A stretch of DNA of 64,000 bases from Candidatus Micrarchaeia archaeon (GCA_038890815.1 JAWAFC010000001.1:135-64134); one strand, 5' to 3'; counted from the stretch's first letter, positions 1-9,436 are shown. The notes: a model not told the origin generated them from the letters alone. Program-made: numbers and translations.

Positions 1-297
1 TGCAGTGGCGATGAGGTGTGCTCAAACAATGCCTGCATAAAGCTGACGGGCGAATGTGGTTATGCTGTCAATCATAGCTGGGTGAGGTATGCTTGCTGTA
101 GCGAAAACGATTGCAAGGCAGGCGAATTCTGTTTGAACCATACCTGCACGCCCCGCTTGATTTATGGTGCATTGCGGCAGCCCCGCTTCGACATCAGCGT
201 TCTCGCGCCCCACTGCACCGTCATTCTGTTGTTCTTGCTGCTCGTGGCCTATCTTCTGTTTAGGCGCATGCAGCGCAGTGAGGATAACAAAACATAG
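1..297 (+). CDS. C-terminal fragment of a cysteine-rich surface protein with a C-terminal TM anchor (5' end lies outside the window)
   Basis: Frame 1 is open from base 1 (CSGDEVCSNNAC...). Repeated Cys spacing is followed by the hydrophobic stretch ...ILLFLLLVAYLLF, then basic RRMQR. Stop at 295-297. Confidence 0.5.
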   Translation, partial: CSGDEVCSNNACIKLTGECGYAVNHSWVRYACCSENDCKAGEFCLNHTCTPRLIYGALRQPRFDISVLAPHCTVILLFLLLVAYLLFRRMQRSEDNKT

Positions 298-315
298 CAA
301 ATTGCTCTCATCCTT

Positions 316-966
316 CTAGCCTTTTCTTGCCTTCCTCGCCTTGTTCAAGTAAGCAATCGCCTCCTCATCCTCAACCTGCCTGAAAACCTTATAAAACTGG
401 CCTACGGCCATGAAAAAGACTGGAATCTCAAGGCAGACGAATTCGTCGGCAAGCGGCTCAATGGCACGGGCGCTGTCGGGCGCGGCAACCGGAACAGCGA
501 CCACCACTTTCTTCGCGCCCAGCTTTCTGGCTGCCTTTATGGCGGCGATCATAGTGTGGCCCGTTGCTATGCCGTCATCCACGAGGATGACCGTCTTCCC
601 ACGCAGGTCGGGGAACTTTTTTCCCTGGGCATAGCGCGCGTACTTTTCTTCAACCATTCGCGCGAGCTCCTTCCTCTGCTCTTCAACATACTCCCTGCTT
701 ATGCCGTATGTCGCCAGCGCGCCCTCGTCGAGGCTCACCTCACCCCCGAAAGCCACCGCGCCGATGGCCAGCTCGGGCTCGCCCGGAAAAGGAATTTTCT
801 TGGAGACGAGCGTGTCGAGCGGCAGGTTGAGCTCCTGCGACAGCGCATACCCTATCTCGAGCGCGCCCCGCGGGATGGCGAGGATGATTGCGTTTGGGTC
901 GCCCGCATATTTTCGGAGCTTGTCGGCCAGCCGCCTGGCCGCATCAAATCTGTCCTCGAAAGGCAT
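316..966 (-). CDS. Phosphoribosyltransferase-family protein
   Basis: 216 aa. PRPP-binding loop VILVDDGIATGHTM follows an N-terminal AIPRGALEIG segment, which is typical type I PRT architecture. Confidence 0.85.
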   Translation of the reverse strand: MPFEDRFDAARRLADKLRKYAGDPNAIILAIPRGALEIGYALSQELNLPLDTLVSKKIPFPGEPELAIGAVAFGGEVSLDEGALATYGISREYVEEQRKELARMVEEKYARYAQGKKFPDLRGKTVILVDDGIATGHTMIAAIKAARKLGAKKVVVAVPVAAPDSARAIEPLADEFVCLEIPVFFMAVGQFYKVFRQVEDEEAIAYLNKARKARKG

Positions 967-1027
967 GCAGAACCATCAGGCAAACCAATTTAAACCCCTT
1001 TGCTTCAATGCTTGAGCCGGTGGGAGA

Positions 1028-1447
1028 TTGAAAGTCCGAGACATCATGCACGGTATCACCTTAGTGGAGGCCGATGCAGCAGTCCGCCAGGTTGCGGTCA
1101 TCATGCGTCAGAAGAACATCGGCTCGGTGCTCGTGACCAAGCAGGGTGAGATCGTCGGCATACTCACCGAGAGGGACATCCTCAAGCGCGTGGTGGCCGA
1201 GGGGCTCGACCCTTCGAGAACAACAGCCGAACAGATAATGACTCGAAACATAATAACGATAAACGCGGATGCAACCGTGTTCGAGGCGGCCGAGATGCTC
1301 AATCGCTATGACATCAGGAGGTTGCCCGTTGAGGAGAACGGCAAGATCGTAGGCATAGTGACCGCAAGGAGCATCGCCAAGAGCATGCCGCTCGCTGTCG
1401 TCCGCATCACCAAGCCTGAGAGCTATTACCAGTCTGGCATTTTCTAG
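1028..1447 (+). CDS. CBS-domain pair protein
   Basis: 139 aa with two CBS repeats (IMHG..VEADAAV..IGSVLV..GILTERDIL, and IMTRNIITINADATV..RRLPVEENGKIVGIVTARSI). TTG start at 1028; alternative ATG at 1046. Confidence 0.85.
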   Translation: MKVRDIMHGITLVEADAAVRQVAVIMRQKNIGSVLVTKQGEIVGILTERDILKRVVAEGLDPSRTTAEQIMTRNIITINADATVFEAAEMLNRYDIRRLPVEENGKIVGIVTARSIAKSMPLAVVRITKPESYYQSGIF

Positions 1448-1463
1448 TCGCTCAACCCACTCA

Positions 1464-1473
1464 TTTTTTATAC
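1464..1473 (+). promoter_or_regulatory. TATA-like box (TTTTTTATAC) for the 1495 gene
   Basis: AT-rich box centred about 26 nt upstream of GTG 1495 in otherwise GC-rich DNA. This implies a leaderless transcript. Confidence 0.35.
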
Positions 1474-1494
1474 CTCTCACCACCCATTTTATTC

Positions 1495-2721
1495 GTGGGT
1501 CTCACAAAAAGATGGAAACCGATAAAAGTCGTCCCAGAGCACGCTCCTCCATCCGCTGACGAAATAAAAGAGATGATTCAAAAGGATGTGGCAAAGCTGA
1601 GCAAGACCGCGAAAGAAACCGAGCTGATGGGCGAGGATGCCCTCCGCAGGGCCCATCGCATTGCCGAGGAGTTGCATCTCCTTGGCTATCGCTCGCTGCT
1701 TCTCCGCCCGCCTGACAACCAGCAGATCACCGAGAGAGCTCTTTTCAGGGCGCACAGGGAGGAGGCGAGCTATGCTAGGCTGAGCGCCATGCTTGAGAGC
1801 GAGCCGGAGTTCACCGCCCTGTCGCGCGACGATCGTCTGTTCCTTCAGACGTTCTGGCTCTATCGTACCGCTGACCCCGCGCTGGCGGGCGCGGGATATG
1901 AGAACATTCAGAAGGAGTTCAGGGAACTCGTGAGAAAGACCACGGAGAAAAAAATCCCTTTTGTCATCATCTCGCTTGATGAGGGAGGAAAGCCGTGCGG
2001 GGCTGCGGCTTGTGCCTACCTTCCCAGATCCAACTCGCTGCTCATCGGAGACATCGTGATCGAGGAATCTAAGAAGAACCTGGGTGTGGATTCCATGCTC
2101 ATCACTAAGGCGATTGATGTGGCCAACATACGCGCGCTCGGGCAGGGCTTTGCCGGCGTGGCGGCCGTTGTCGCGGAGGCCGAAATCCCCTCGCCAGACT
2201 GCTCCTTCAGAGAAAACCAGGCGCGGCTCGAACGCATGCAGGTTTTGGTGAACAACGGCATCTATCCTGTCTCCGGCTTTGACTATGTGCGTGAGCCCCC
2301 GGTGGAAGAGAGAAAGAGGGAGGAGATCACTAGGGAGGAGGTCGCGCCCAAGATTCCCGTCACGCCCGTTCCGGTAGCCCCAGCAGGCTACCTCCCCGAA
2401 GGGGTCTTCGCTCCAGTTCAAGCAGAGGCGCCGGCCGCCAGAGCGGAGAAAGAACCCGCCGCGCTCCTTTTGTGCGTGCGGCCCGTAAACGCCAGCAAGG
2501 AAATCACCGCCCGCCAGCTCAAGGCCATCGTCAGAGACATACATGCTTATTATGGCAGCAGGGTGGGCAGGGGCCTGTTTGACCAGCTAAAGGGGAAAGC
2601 GGTCATCAGAATCATGCTTGTGAATATGAAGAAGCTTCTCTCTCTTGGAAAACTGTTGGGGGTTGCCCTTCCTCCTGGCGATGGGGAAGAAGGCGGGGGA
2701 GAAGGGAAAGAAGGCAGTTGA
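1495..2721 (+). CDS. Hypothetical protein with a central GNAT-like acetyltransferase segment
   Basis: 408 aa. IGDIVIEESKKNLGVDSMLITKAIDVA resembles GNAT motif A. The amino-acid composition is more protein-like than the antisense ORF 1489-2544. Confidence 0.55.
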   Translation: MGLTKRWKPIKVVPEHAPPSADEIKEMIQKDVAKLSKTAKETELMGEDALRRAHRIAEELHLLGYRSLLLRPPDNQQITERALFRAHREEASYARLSAMLESEPEFTALSRDDRLFLQTFWLYRTADPALAGAGYENIQKEFRELVRKTTEKKIPFVIISLDEGGKPCGAAACAYLPRSNSLLIGDIVIEESKKNLGVDSMLITKAIDVANIRALGQGFAGVAAVVAEAEIPSPDCSFRENQARLERMQVLVNNGIYPVSGFDYVREPPVEERKREEITREEVAPKIPVTPVPVAPAGYLPEGVFAPVQAEAPAARAEKEPAALLLCVRPVNASKEITARQLKAIVRDIHAYYGSRVGRGLFDQLKGKAVIRIMLVNMKKLLSLGKLLGVALPPGDGEEGGGEGKEGS

Positions 2722-2723
2722 GG

Positions 2724-2972
2724 CTACGCCATTTCAGCGTTCTCCCCTGTGCTGTCGTTTGGGAATACAAGAAGGCTGAGGTTTCCTATCCTCAGCGTGT
2801 AGAACGTATTACCGTTTTTGCTCACATTTTTCCACAAACCTCCCACACGTTTCAGCCTTTTCTCACCATTCGCATCAATCACGGGCTGCATCACACGGAA
2901 GTCAGGCTTCCGCCCCCTTCTCTCATCAACCTCTGTGGCTTCAGCCACATCTTCCATCTCCATGTCATTCAC
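2724..2972 (-). CDS. Small hypothetical protein (possibly DUF736-like)
   Basis: 82 aa. KPDFRV...GGLWKNVSKNGNTFYTLRIGN..LLVFPN resembles the DUF736 pattern. A GGGAGGTGA Shine-Dalgarno-like element precedes the internal ATG at 2963. Confidence 0.5.
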   Translation of the reverse strand: MNDMEMEDVAEATEVDERRGRKPDFRVMQPVIDANGEKRLKRVGGLWKNVSKNGNTFYTLRIGNLSLLVFPNDSTGENAEMA

Positions 2973-2984
2973 CTCCCACGCAAA

Positions 2985-3110
2985 TCAATTTGCAACCATG
3001 AGCAGCCTCTCCCCTTCCCTCTGAAGGCTGACCGATATACCACGCTTTTCCAGTTTGCTTGCCAGCGCTTCTATCTCATCGAACCTCAGCCTGCTCACAT
3101 CGAGCTTCAT
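2985..3110 (-). CDS. Candidate 41-aa small ORF
   Basis: MKLDVSRLRFDEIEALASKLEKRGISVSLQREGERLLMVAN. The ATG at 3110 lies about 35 nt downstream of TTTTTAAATA on the minus strand (about 3141-3150). The ORF ends 12 nt before the next gene. Confidence 0.3.
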   Translation of the reverse strand: MKLDVSRLRFDEIEALASKLEKRGISVSLQREGERLLMVAN

Positions 3111-3192
3111 TTGATCACCGCAGGAGCTGGCTTTCGCCGTATTTAAAAACAAGCGCAGGCAGCGGAGTTCCGGTGAAAATGAAGGGGACAAT

Positions 3193-3636
3193 TTAGCCTC
3201 CTCCGAGCATGCTGTGTGGCTCGCTTCTTTTTTTATCAAAAATGTGAACAACCTCCCAGCCTTGCTGAGCCAGCGCGTTGGCGATGTACCTGCGGTGGCA
3301 TCGCCACCAAAGCTTTTCGGCACACAGCACGGCCACACGCTTTTTCTTCGCCAGGTTGGCCAGCTCGGCAACGGCCGTGGCGAACTCGCCCGTTTCGGCA
3401 AACGCCTCATATCCCCCTTTCCTGAACCCACCCAACTCTTCGCCCAGCCATATATAATTGATGCCGTTCGCTGGGAGGATTTGGGAGAGGCTTTTCCGCG
3501 CGAACCAAGGGAACTTCCTCGAAATAGGAAATCGCCTGACATCGGCGACAACCTCAATGCCATAGTGCTTCAGCAGCTCGATGAGCTCGACAATGCTCCT
3601 CGTCGAATGCCCAATGCTCCAGATGGTGCCGGGCAT
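3193..3636 (-). CDS. DUF488-family protein
   Basis: 147 aa. IWSIGHSTRS...LVADVRRFP...LCAEKLWWRCHRRYIA is the characteristic DUF488 signature. Confidence 0.85.
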   Translation of the reverse strand: MPGTIWSIGHSTRSIVELIELLKHYGIEVVADVRRFPISRKFPWFARKSLSQILPANGINYIWLGEELGGFRKGGYEAFAETGEFATAVAELANLAKKKRVAVLCAEKLWWRCHRRYIANALAQQGWEVVHIFDKKRSEPHSMLGGG

Positions 3637-3686
3637 ACAAAAAGCACTCCCTGAAGATATAAAAGGCTCGCCATGTAGGTGATTGC

Positions 3687-4478
3687 ATGGAAGTTCGCCC
3701 TTCGCTCGCAGACCAAATTAAGTTCGCTCTAGGAAAAAACCGCCTCGCGCTCGCAGTTTACAATAGGCTCTCGCGGGATCCGCGCTTTGTCGCGGGTTGT
3801 GAGATGGCGAATGCGGTGGCTGTCAACCGCTTCGGCTACAATGACCACGGGATAGTTCATGTTGGCATAACGGCGGTCAACGCACTCAGGATATTCGAGC
3901 TCCTCGACAAGGCTGCGGTCGTGCCCACGTTCGTGGCCGAAAAGCACGGTAGCAAAGCCGATGCCCAGCTCATCGTGCTGCTGGGCGCGCTGCTGCACGA
4001 CATCGGCAATGCGATCTCGCGGGAGAACCACCATATTCACGGTGTAACCTATGCACAGCCTATTCTCGAGGATGCCCTCGCGGTCTGCTATGATAGCGAC
4101 AAGCTGCAGAAGGTGAAGCTCGCGGTGCTTGCCTGTATTTTTGAGCACGATGAAAGCGTGCGCGCCACATCCATCGAGGCGGGCATCATCAAGCCGGCAG
4201 ACGGCATGGACTGCGAGAGCGGGCGGGCGCGCATTCCCTACAGGATGTTCGGCAGAAATGACATTCACTCGCTCAGCGCGCTCGCCATCACACGCGTGGA
4301 GGCGGTTGCCGGCGAGAGTAGGCCTGTGCTCATCCGCGTGTACATGGACAACCCTGCGGGCATGTTTCAAATTCAGCAGGTCCTGCAGAAGAAAATAGCC
4401 TCGGCCGGGCCCGTGGCGCAACTCATCGAGGTGCAGCCCGTGCTCAACGGAAAGCCGCTCGCGAAGATAAGGGTATAA
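3687..4478 (+). CDS. HD-domain metal-dependent phosphohydrolase
   Basis: 263 aa. Contains H...HD (GIVHV...ALLHDIGNAISRENHHIHG). Confidence 0.8.
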   Translation: MEVRPSLADQIKFALGKNRLALAVYNRLSRDPRFVAGCEMANAVAVNRFGYNDHGIVHVGITAVNALRIFELLDKAAVVPTFVAEKHGSKADAQLIVLLGALLHDIGNAISRENHHIHGVTYAQPILEDALAVCYDSDKLQKVKLAVLACIFEHDESVRATSIEAGIIKPADGMDCESGRARIPYRMFGRNDIHSLSALAITRVEAVAGESRPVLIRVYMDNPAGMFQIQQVLQKKIASAGPVAQLIEVQPVLNGKPLAKIRV

Positions 4479-4505
4479 ATACAGGAAAAGCGCAAAAAAC
4501 AACAT

Positions 4506-5510
4506 ATGAAGTTCACTCCAATGCTGCTCAAGACACAAAAGCTCTCGCCAGAATCATTGAGGAGCTACTCGTTGGAGGAGTTGCGGGAGCTGAAGAAAAC
4601 CATTGAGGAAGAGCTAGGGAAACTAACCACATTTTCTGTCAGCTCGCTTGCTCGCCAGATGCTGAGTGAGAACTTGCGGGTTGTGGAGAAGGCCATCAAT
4701 GAGCGCATGGCGGGGGCGCAGAAGGAGTTTGCGGCTGCCAAGCCCGAGAGCGATGCGCTTGAGAGGGGAAAACTCGCCGAAGAGCTACGCCTCCTTATTG
4801 AGGTTCTCAGGCAAAGCGGTGATCCTGATTTCCGCAAGTTTGCAGACACGTTTGAAAAAAACTTGAATGGCGACACACAAACCATCATGCACAGCATCCT
4901 ATCGGCTTATTCCCTCATCACAAAAGATTGGCCATCCGCGCAGGAGCTGCAGCGCAGGTTGAATGGGATGCCTCGGGAGGTCACCGAAGAAGAAATACTT
5001 GGGTTGATAGGTGAGTTCAGAAAAGCCGTGCTTGAGAGGGAGATCGCCAATTTTCTCTCAGAGGCGCTGAGCGTGCATCAGGCAGTAGCCCACATAGCCC
5101 TCACTCTGAATCGGGCGCTCGAACTGCGGAAGGCCAAGGGCTCCCCGATTGAGACGAGAGAGGAGGAGGAGGCAAGCGCGTGGAATGAGAGGGCCGATAA
5201 TCTTAACCAGCTTTACAGCAAATGCATGCAGAGTAGCGGAGGGGAGAGGAAGAAGGCTCTGCTTGCGCTTGAAGAAGCCGTGTCAAAAGCATACGGAGCG
5301 CTCATCCTGTATGCTATCTCTACCGGGAAACCGCCGAAAGAAATTACAAACATTGCTCTTGAAAGACTCAGGAAACTCAAGGCAGCGCTCGAGGCCAACG
5401 ATGGGGCTGCCATAAGGGGGCTGAGAGGGGAGCTGAAAGAGACTTACGAAAATGAGGAAATCCAAAAAGCGCTGACCGATGAGCTGAATAGAATACACCG
5501 CAGCACTTAG
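4506..5510 (+). CDS. Hypothetical alpha-helical protein
   Basis: 334 aa, E/K/L/A-rich, no recognisable motif. Coding call rests on ORF length and composition. Confidence 0.55.
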   Translation: MKFTPMLLKTQKLSPESLRSYSLEELRELKKTIEEELGKLTTFSVSSLARQMLSENLRVVEKAINERMAGAQKEFAAAKPESDALERGKLAEELRLLIEVLRQSGDPDFRKFADTFEKNLNGDTQTIMHSILSAYSLITKDWPSAQELQRRLNGMPREVTEEEILGLIGEFRKAVLEREIANFLSEALSVHQAVAHIALTLNRALELRKAKGSPIETREEEEASAWNERADNLNQLYSKCMQSSGGERKKALLALEEAVSKAYGALILYAISTGKPPKEITNIALERLRKLKAALEANDGAAIRGLRGELKETYENEEIQKALTDELNRIHRST

Positions 5511-5511
5511 C

Positions 5512-6147
5512 CTACTCAATCTTGATCTCGCTGCCCTTTTCCTCTTTGCCCGGCTCTTTCCTCTGAATTTTCACATCTAGCACGCCGTTCTTGTAGGTTG
5601 CCTTTGCTGTCTCGGGCTTAACTTTCACGGGGAGATGGATTGTCTTGTTGTACTTTCTCTCCGGGGTATCGACTTTTATGCTGAGTTTGTCCTCGGTTGC
5701 TTTGAGATGGATATCCTCCTTCGAAACGCCCGGCAGCTCGGCGATAACCGTGACAACATCTTTCTCCTGGATGACATCGACAAGCGGCTCCATCTCGCCC
5801 GGCACAGCTTCGCCGCCCGTCACCGCGCGAATCATGGGTCGGACATTGCCAAACTCCTGGAACTGCGGCTTGCCGTCGGGCCCTACCCTCATGCTGAAGC
5901 CATAGATAAACGGCCCCCTGCGTATTATCTTCTCGCCCTTTGGCCCTTCCTCCTCCTTTTCCTCAGGAAATTCGCCAAAGCGGAACATTCCTTCCATCAT
6001 ACGCTCCATTTCCTGCCGTATCCTCTCAAACTCATCCTCAATATCGCTGATGTCGAAGAAGAATCCCGTCCCTTTTCTCCTTCTGGGGAACACACGATCA
6101 CCTTTTGTCCTATCGTTTTTCAGATTAAAAATATTTCCCTTCCGCAA
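5512..6147 (-). CDS. hsp20: Small heat-shock protein (Hsp20/alpha-crystallin family) with a long N-terminal arm
   Basis: C-terminal alpha-crystallin domain VDVIQEKDVVTVIAELPGVSKEDIHLK...ATYKNGVLDVKI. Confidence 0.85.
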   Translation of the reverse strand: MRKGNIFNLKNDRTKGDRVFPRRRKGTGFFFDISDIEDEFERIRQEMERMMEGMFRFGEFPEEKEEEGPKGEKIIRRGPFIYGFSMRVGPDGKPQFQEFGNVRPMIRAVTGGEAVPGEMEPLVDVIQEKDVVTVIAELPGVSKEDIHLKATEDKLSIKVDTPERKYNKTIHLPVKVKPETAKATYKNGVLDVKIQRKEPGKEEKGSEIKIE

Positions 6148-6189
6148 TTAGTGCCATAAAAATAAAAAGGCCGAAGCTCATAGCTGTGC

Positions 6190-6531
6190 GTGGTCACAGC
6201 TTATTTAACCGCGCTCGCTGGCGTGGCTGCCCTCTTCCTGAGCGCGAGCGCGCTAGTGGTGTGGCTGGCTTTCAGGCGAAACCTGAGGGAGGAGGGGCTT
6301 CGCCCAGCCATCTGGGCAGCCTGGAGCGCGGTGCGCGACTTTTATGCGGCCGCGTCAGTCTTTCTCTTCCTCTCCGCGCTTGTGCAGGCTTCGGCTTTTC
6401 TTAGGGAGGCGGGCGCGCTCAGCGATGTCACCACCTCTTCCCTTTTCCTCGCGGCCGTCATCACCCTCGCCTACTCGTGCGCCATCGCACTGAGCATCGT
6501 CACGTCGCTCGCCAGAGCGAGGAGGGTGTGA
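6190..6531 (+). CDS. Small polytopic membrane protein
   Basis: 113 aa with 3-4 hydrophobic helices. Its stop lies 1 nt before the next ORF. Confidence 0.5.
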   Translation: MVTAYLTALAGVAALFLSASALVVWLAFRRNLREEGLRPAIWAAWSAVRDFYAAASVFLFLSALVQASAFLREAGALSDVTTSSLFLAAVITLAYSCAIALSIVTSLARARRV

Positions 6532-6532
6532 A

Positions 6533-7528
6533 ATGGTGTTTGAGGCAAGCGCGATAACGGCTTTCACGCTTTTCCTTTCGCTGGCGGCGCTCGTAGCCTG
6601 CTTGCGCGCCCACGGAGCCGTGTTGAGGACGGCCCGTCTCAGCGCTACGACCCACCACCACTTTGTGCTTTCGCAGTTCTTCACGCTTATCGCCCTGTTC
6701 GCGCTCGCGCTGTCCGTTTTTGTGGGATTTGTGGCCAACGATTACATCTTCTTTTACGGCCTTTATGTGCTCGGCCTCGTGCTGCTCGCGCTTACGAGCT
6801 GGCATTTCGCTAACGCGCTGATCGCGCCGGCTGGTGAACCGACGATAAATCTCGGCGCGGTGCGCGCCGCCCATGCCGAAATGCTCGGCAAGCGAACGGT
6901 GAGGGCTGAGAAGGACTTTGATAGGCTGTTGGGGATGGCGAGGGGCAGGGCGCTCGTGCTGTTTGAGGCTGGCAGGGGAGCTGGCGTTCCGCTCATCATT
7001 TCGTATTTGCTCAACCGCCTGGCGTATTCTGTGGGCTCGCCTTTCCTCGTATCACTCGCTACCTCCACCCACCCCACCCTATTTAGAAAGAGTTTTTCCC
7101 TTCTCGCCCCCGAAGCAAACCTATTGGTTTCTGAGGAGAGCAGAGGGGAAGAGCTCACTGCACTCTTCCAGAGCGCACCGCCCTCGCCGGCGCTGCGAAA
7201 GTTCTTCGAGGCGATTTGTGCCGCCGGCCTTCCCGTGGCGTTTGTGGGGGATTGGGTGGTTGAGGCTGCCGACCGGCTTTCTTACGATGAATTCCACGAG
7301 CTCATCCACAGCCTCATGGCCCTCATGCACGAGAAAGGCTCGGTGCTGTTTGTGGCCCTTAGGCCCGAGAGCATCCCGGGGGACAAGCTTGGCATTCTGA
7401 GGAGGTACGCTGATGTGGTTGTGTCGGTTGGCAGGGCGAAGGGCGGGCTGCGCATTGTTGCGCGCGACCAGGCAACGGGCAGGGAAGAGAAACTGCGCCT
7501 CGCCCTTGACAAGCTCCTTCTACCGTAG
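6533..7528 (+). CDS. Membrane protein with a C-terminal degenerate RecA/KaiC-like (DUF835-like) domain
   Basis: 331 aa. N-terminal TM helices, then ALVLFEAGRGAGVPLIISYLL (P-loop position without the K-S/T) and ...VLFVALRPESI...YADVVVSV. Confidence 0.55.
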   Translation: MVFEASAITAFTLFLSLAALVACLRAHGAVLRTARLSATTHHHFVLSQFFTLIALFALALSVFVGFVANDYIFFYGLYVLGLVLLALTSWHFANALIAPAGEPTINLGAVRAAHAEMLGKRTVRAEKDFDRLLGMARGRALVLFEAGRGAGVPLIISYLLNRLAYSVGSPFLVSLATSTHPTLFRKSFSLLAPEANLLVSEESRGEELTALFQSAPPSPALRKFFEAICAAGLPVAFVGDWVVEAADRLSYDEFHELIHSLMALMHEKGSVLFVALRPESIPGDKLGILRRYADVVVSVGRAKGGLRIVARDQATGREEKLRLALDKLLLP

Positions 7529-7560
7529 CTTTAAATAGTCCTAAAACTATAATTTCTTGC

Positions 7561-7791
7561 ATGAGGTATACCATTCCCCAGAACCTGCGCGTTCCGGCGA
7601 CCGCGCGCGACATCGCACGGGCGAAAATTCCGCGCGACACGAAGCTCGAGCTCCTCGAAATAAAAATGGAAATAATCGAGCGTTCGCTGGCCAATCCGCT
7701 GAACGAGGAGGAAAAGAGGGAATTGCTTAGGGAATTTAAGCTCGCGAAGCGAACTGCAGATAGAATCAAAAAAATGATGACGCCAATTTAA
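7561..7791 (+). CDS. Small hypothetical protein
   Basis: 76 aa, charged and helical. Preferred over the antisense ORF 7531-7800 on composition only. Confidence 0.4.
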   Translation: MRYTIPQNLRVPATARDIARAKIPRDTKLELLEIKMEIIERSLANPLNEEEKRELLREFKLAKRTADRIKKMMTPI

Positions 7792-7825
7792 GCCCGGCAA
7801 ACCATCAGATGAGCGGAAAACGGCA

Positions 7826-9436
7826 TTAGCTCTTTATAGGTTTTTTCTCCATCCTTCCGTGTGTGCCCGGAAACTTCTTTGCGATGTCATCCAAAACTTT
7901 ATTTCTAATAAGCTCTATGCATTTTATGTAGCGATTCCATGCCAGCGCAAACGCGCCTTTGTTTTCCCTTTCCGCATCCTCTTTTTTCCTCATCCCTTCA
8001 TTGTAGTTGGCAGCCAGGAGCTTGGAAAACTCCTCCAACCATTTCTTGTCCGCTGCCGGAGAGCTAAGCAGAAAGCCAACCCGCTCATTCAACTTATCCA
8101 GCACCTCCTCTATCCTCCGCTCCATACTGCTACGCTCATGCCTGCTGTTGGCGATTTCCATGAGCTGTCTCTCCACGCATTTTAACAGCGCACCTACATT
8201 TATGCGGAGCATGGCCTCTTCTCTCACATATTTCAACTTGTCAGCCTCATCGCCAACGACGTTCGCCTTCTGCAGGCTCGCCTCGTAAAGCGCGAACAGA
8301 AACTCGTTGAGCTTTTCGGTGTTTATTTCCGCGGCCTCCTGGTTGGGCGATGCGACGTCAAACCACAGTAGGTTTATCGTATTTTTGAACTCCTCCTTAA
8401 ACTTGCTAACACTTGCGCCTGCTAAGTTTCTGATCTTTATCCTGGCTAGCTCGAGCGAGACATTGAACTTCTGTATGCCAAATATCCTGAGTAGATAATC
8501 AGCTTTGGATTTCTCGGCCTTCTTATCCTTGGCCAGCGCCTCGCAACCGACAAAGAGCTGCCTAAAGCTATTAAGCACGACGAAGGCCTCCTCGTTTTTC
8601 TCCACCTCCTCCTTGCCGAAAGGAGTAAGCTCCTTGCCGGCGTTGTCTAGAATAGGGACTTTCTCGAGCCATCCTTCCACTGTGCTATCGATGAATTGCC
8701 TGAACTCTTCCATCGGCTTATCCCATGCTTTCTTGATTTCGTTATAGGCCTCCTTAAAGTTTAGCTTAGCCACCTCTCCCTCTGCTTTCTCGAGGAGGAT
8801 TTCTTCGATATGCTCCTCCTTTGTTGCCAGCAGATATGCATCGTTGAATTTTTCAGAATGCCGCATGAAGAGCTTGGCGCCTGCTTCTTGGAACTCCCTC
8901 TCGAGCGCGGCCTCCAGCTGTTCCTTCGAGGGAGAAACGCCTGCCTCCCCGCACGCCTTTCCGAGGTCTTCCATGAACTTCGCAACGAGCGCGTCTATCT
9001 TAGGGTCTGTGTAGCCAAACATCATGAGCTTGCTCTCGCTTTCGGTCTCTCTCCGCAAATCTTCAGCAAGTTTGTGAATTATATTATCCAGCTCGCCTCC
9101 CAAAGGCTTTTCTGCCATGGGGGGAGGAGCCACGAATTCTTTGGCCGTGAAATCCCGCAAATCCAGATAGTCATAGGAGATTTCGTCGACTATGAAATTG
9201 GTTTCGGAAGAAAGGTCCAGGCCTAGTTTTTTGCCCATCTCGGCAAACTCGGCCTTGAAAGCGTTTTGGAACGATGCGGCCGGATCGGAGAACTGCAGTC
9301 CTTGGATGAACGCAGCATATTTCACCGCGTTATACGCTTTGCGGAGCATCTCCTCGTTGTGCTTCTTCTTCAGAATAGGCATGAACTCGCTTGCGATAAG
9401 CTGTCTCAGCCGCCGTTCGGACTCCTCGTCAGGCAT
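7826..9436 (-). CDS. Large hypothetical alpha-helical protein
   Basis: 536 aa uninterrupted ORF in a locally lower-GC segment. No motif recognised. Confidence 0.6.
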   Translation of the reverse strand: MPDEESERRLRQLIASEFMPILKKKHNEEMLRKAYNAVKYAAFIQGLQFSDPAASFQNAFKAEFAEMGKKLGLDLSSETNFIVDEISYDYLDLRDFTAKEFVAPPPMAEKPLGGELDNIIHKLAEDLRRETESESKLMMFGYTDPKIDALVAKFMEDLGKACGEAGVSPSKEQLEAALEREFQEAGAKLFMRHSEKFNDAYLLATKEEHIEEILLEKAEGEVAKLNFKEAYNEIKKAWDKPMEEFRQFIDSTVEGWLEKVPILDNAGKELTPFGKEEVEKNEEAFVVLNSFRQLFVGCEALAKDKKAEKSKADYLLRIFGIQKFNVSLELARIKIRNLAGASVSKFKEEFKNTINLLWFDVASPNQEAAEINTEKLNEFLFALYEASLQKANVVGDEADKLKYVREEAMLRINVGALLKCVERQLMEIANSRHERSSMERRIEEVLDKLNERVGFLLSSPAADKKWLEEFSKLLAANYNEGMRKKEDAERENKGAFALAWNRYIKCIELIRNKVLDDIAKKFPGTHGRMEKKPIKS

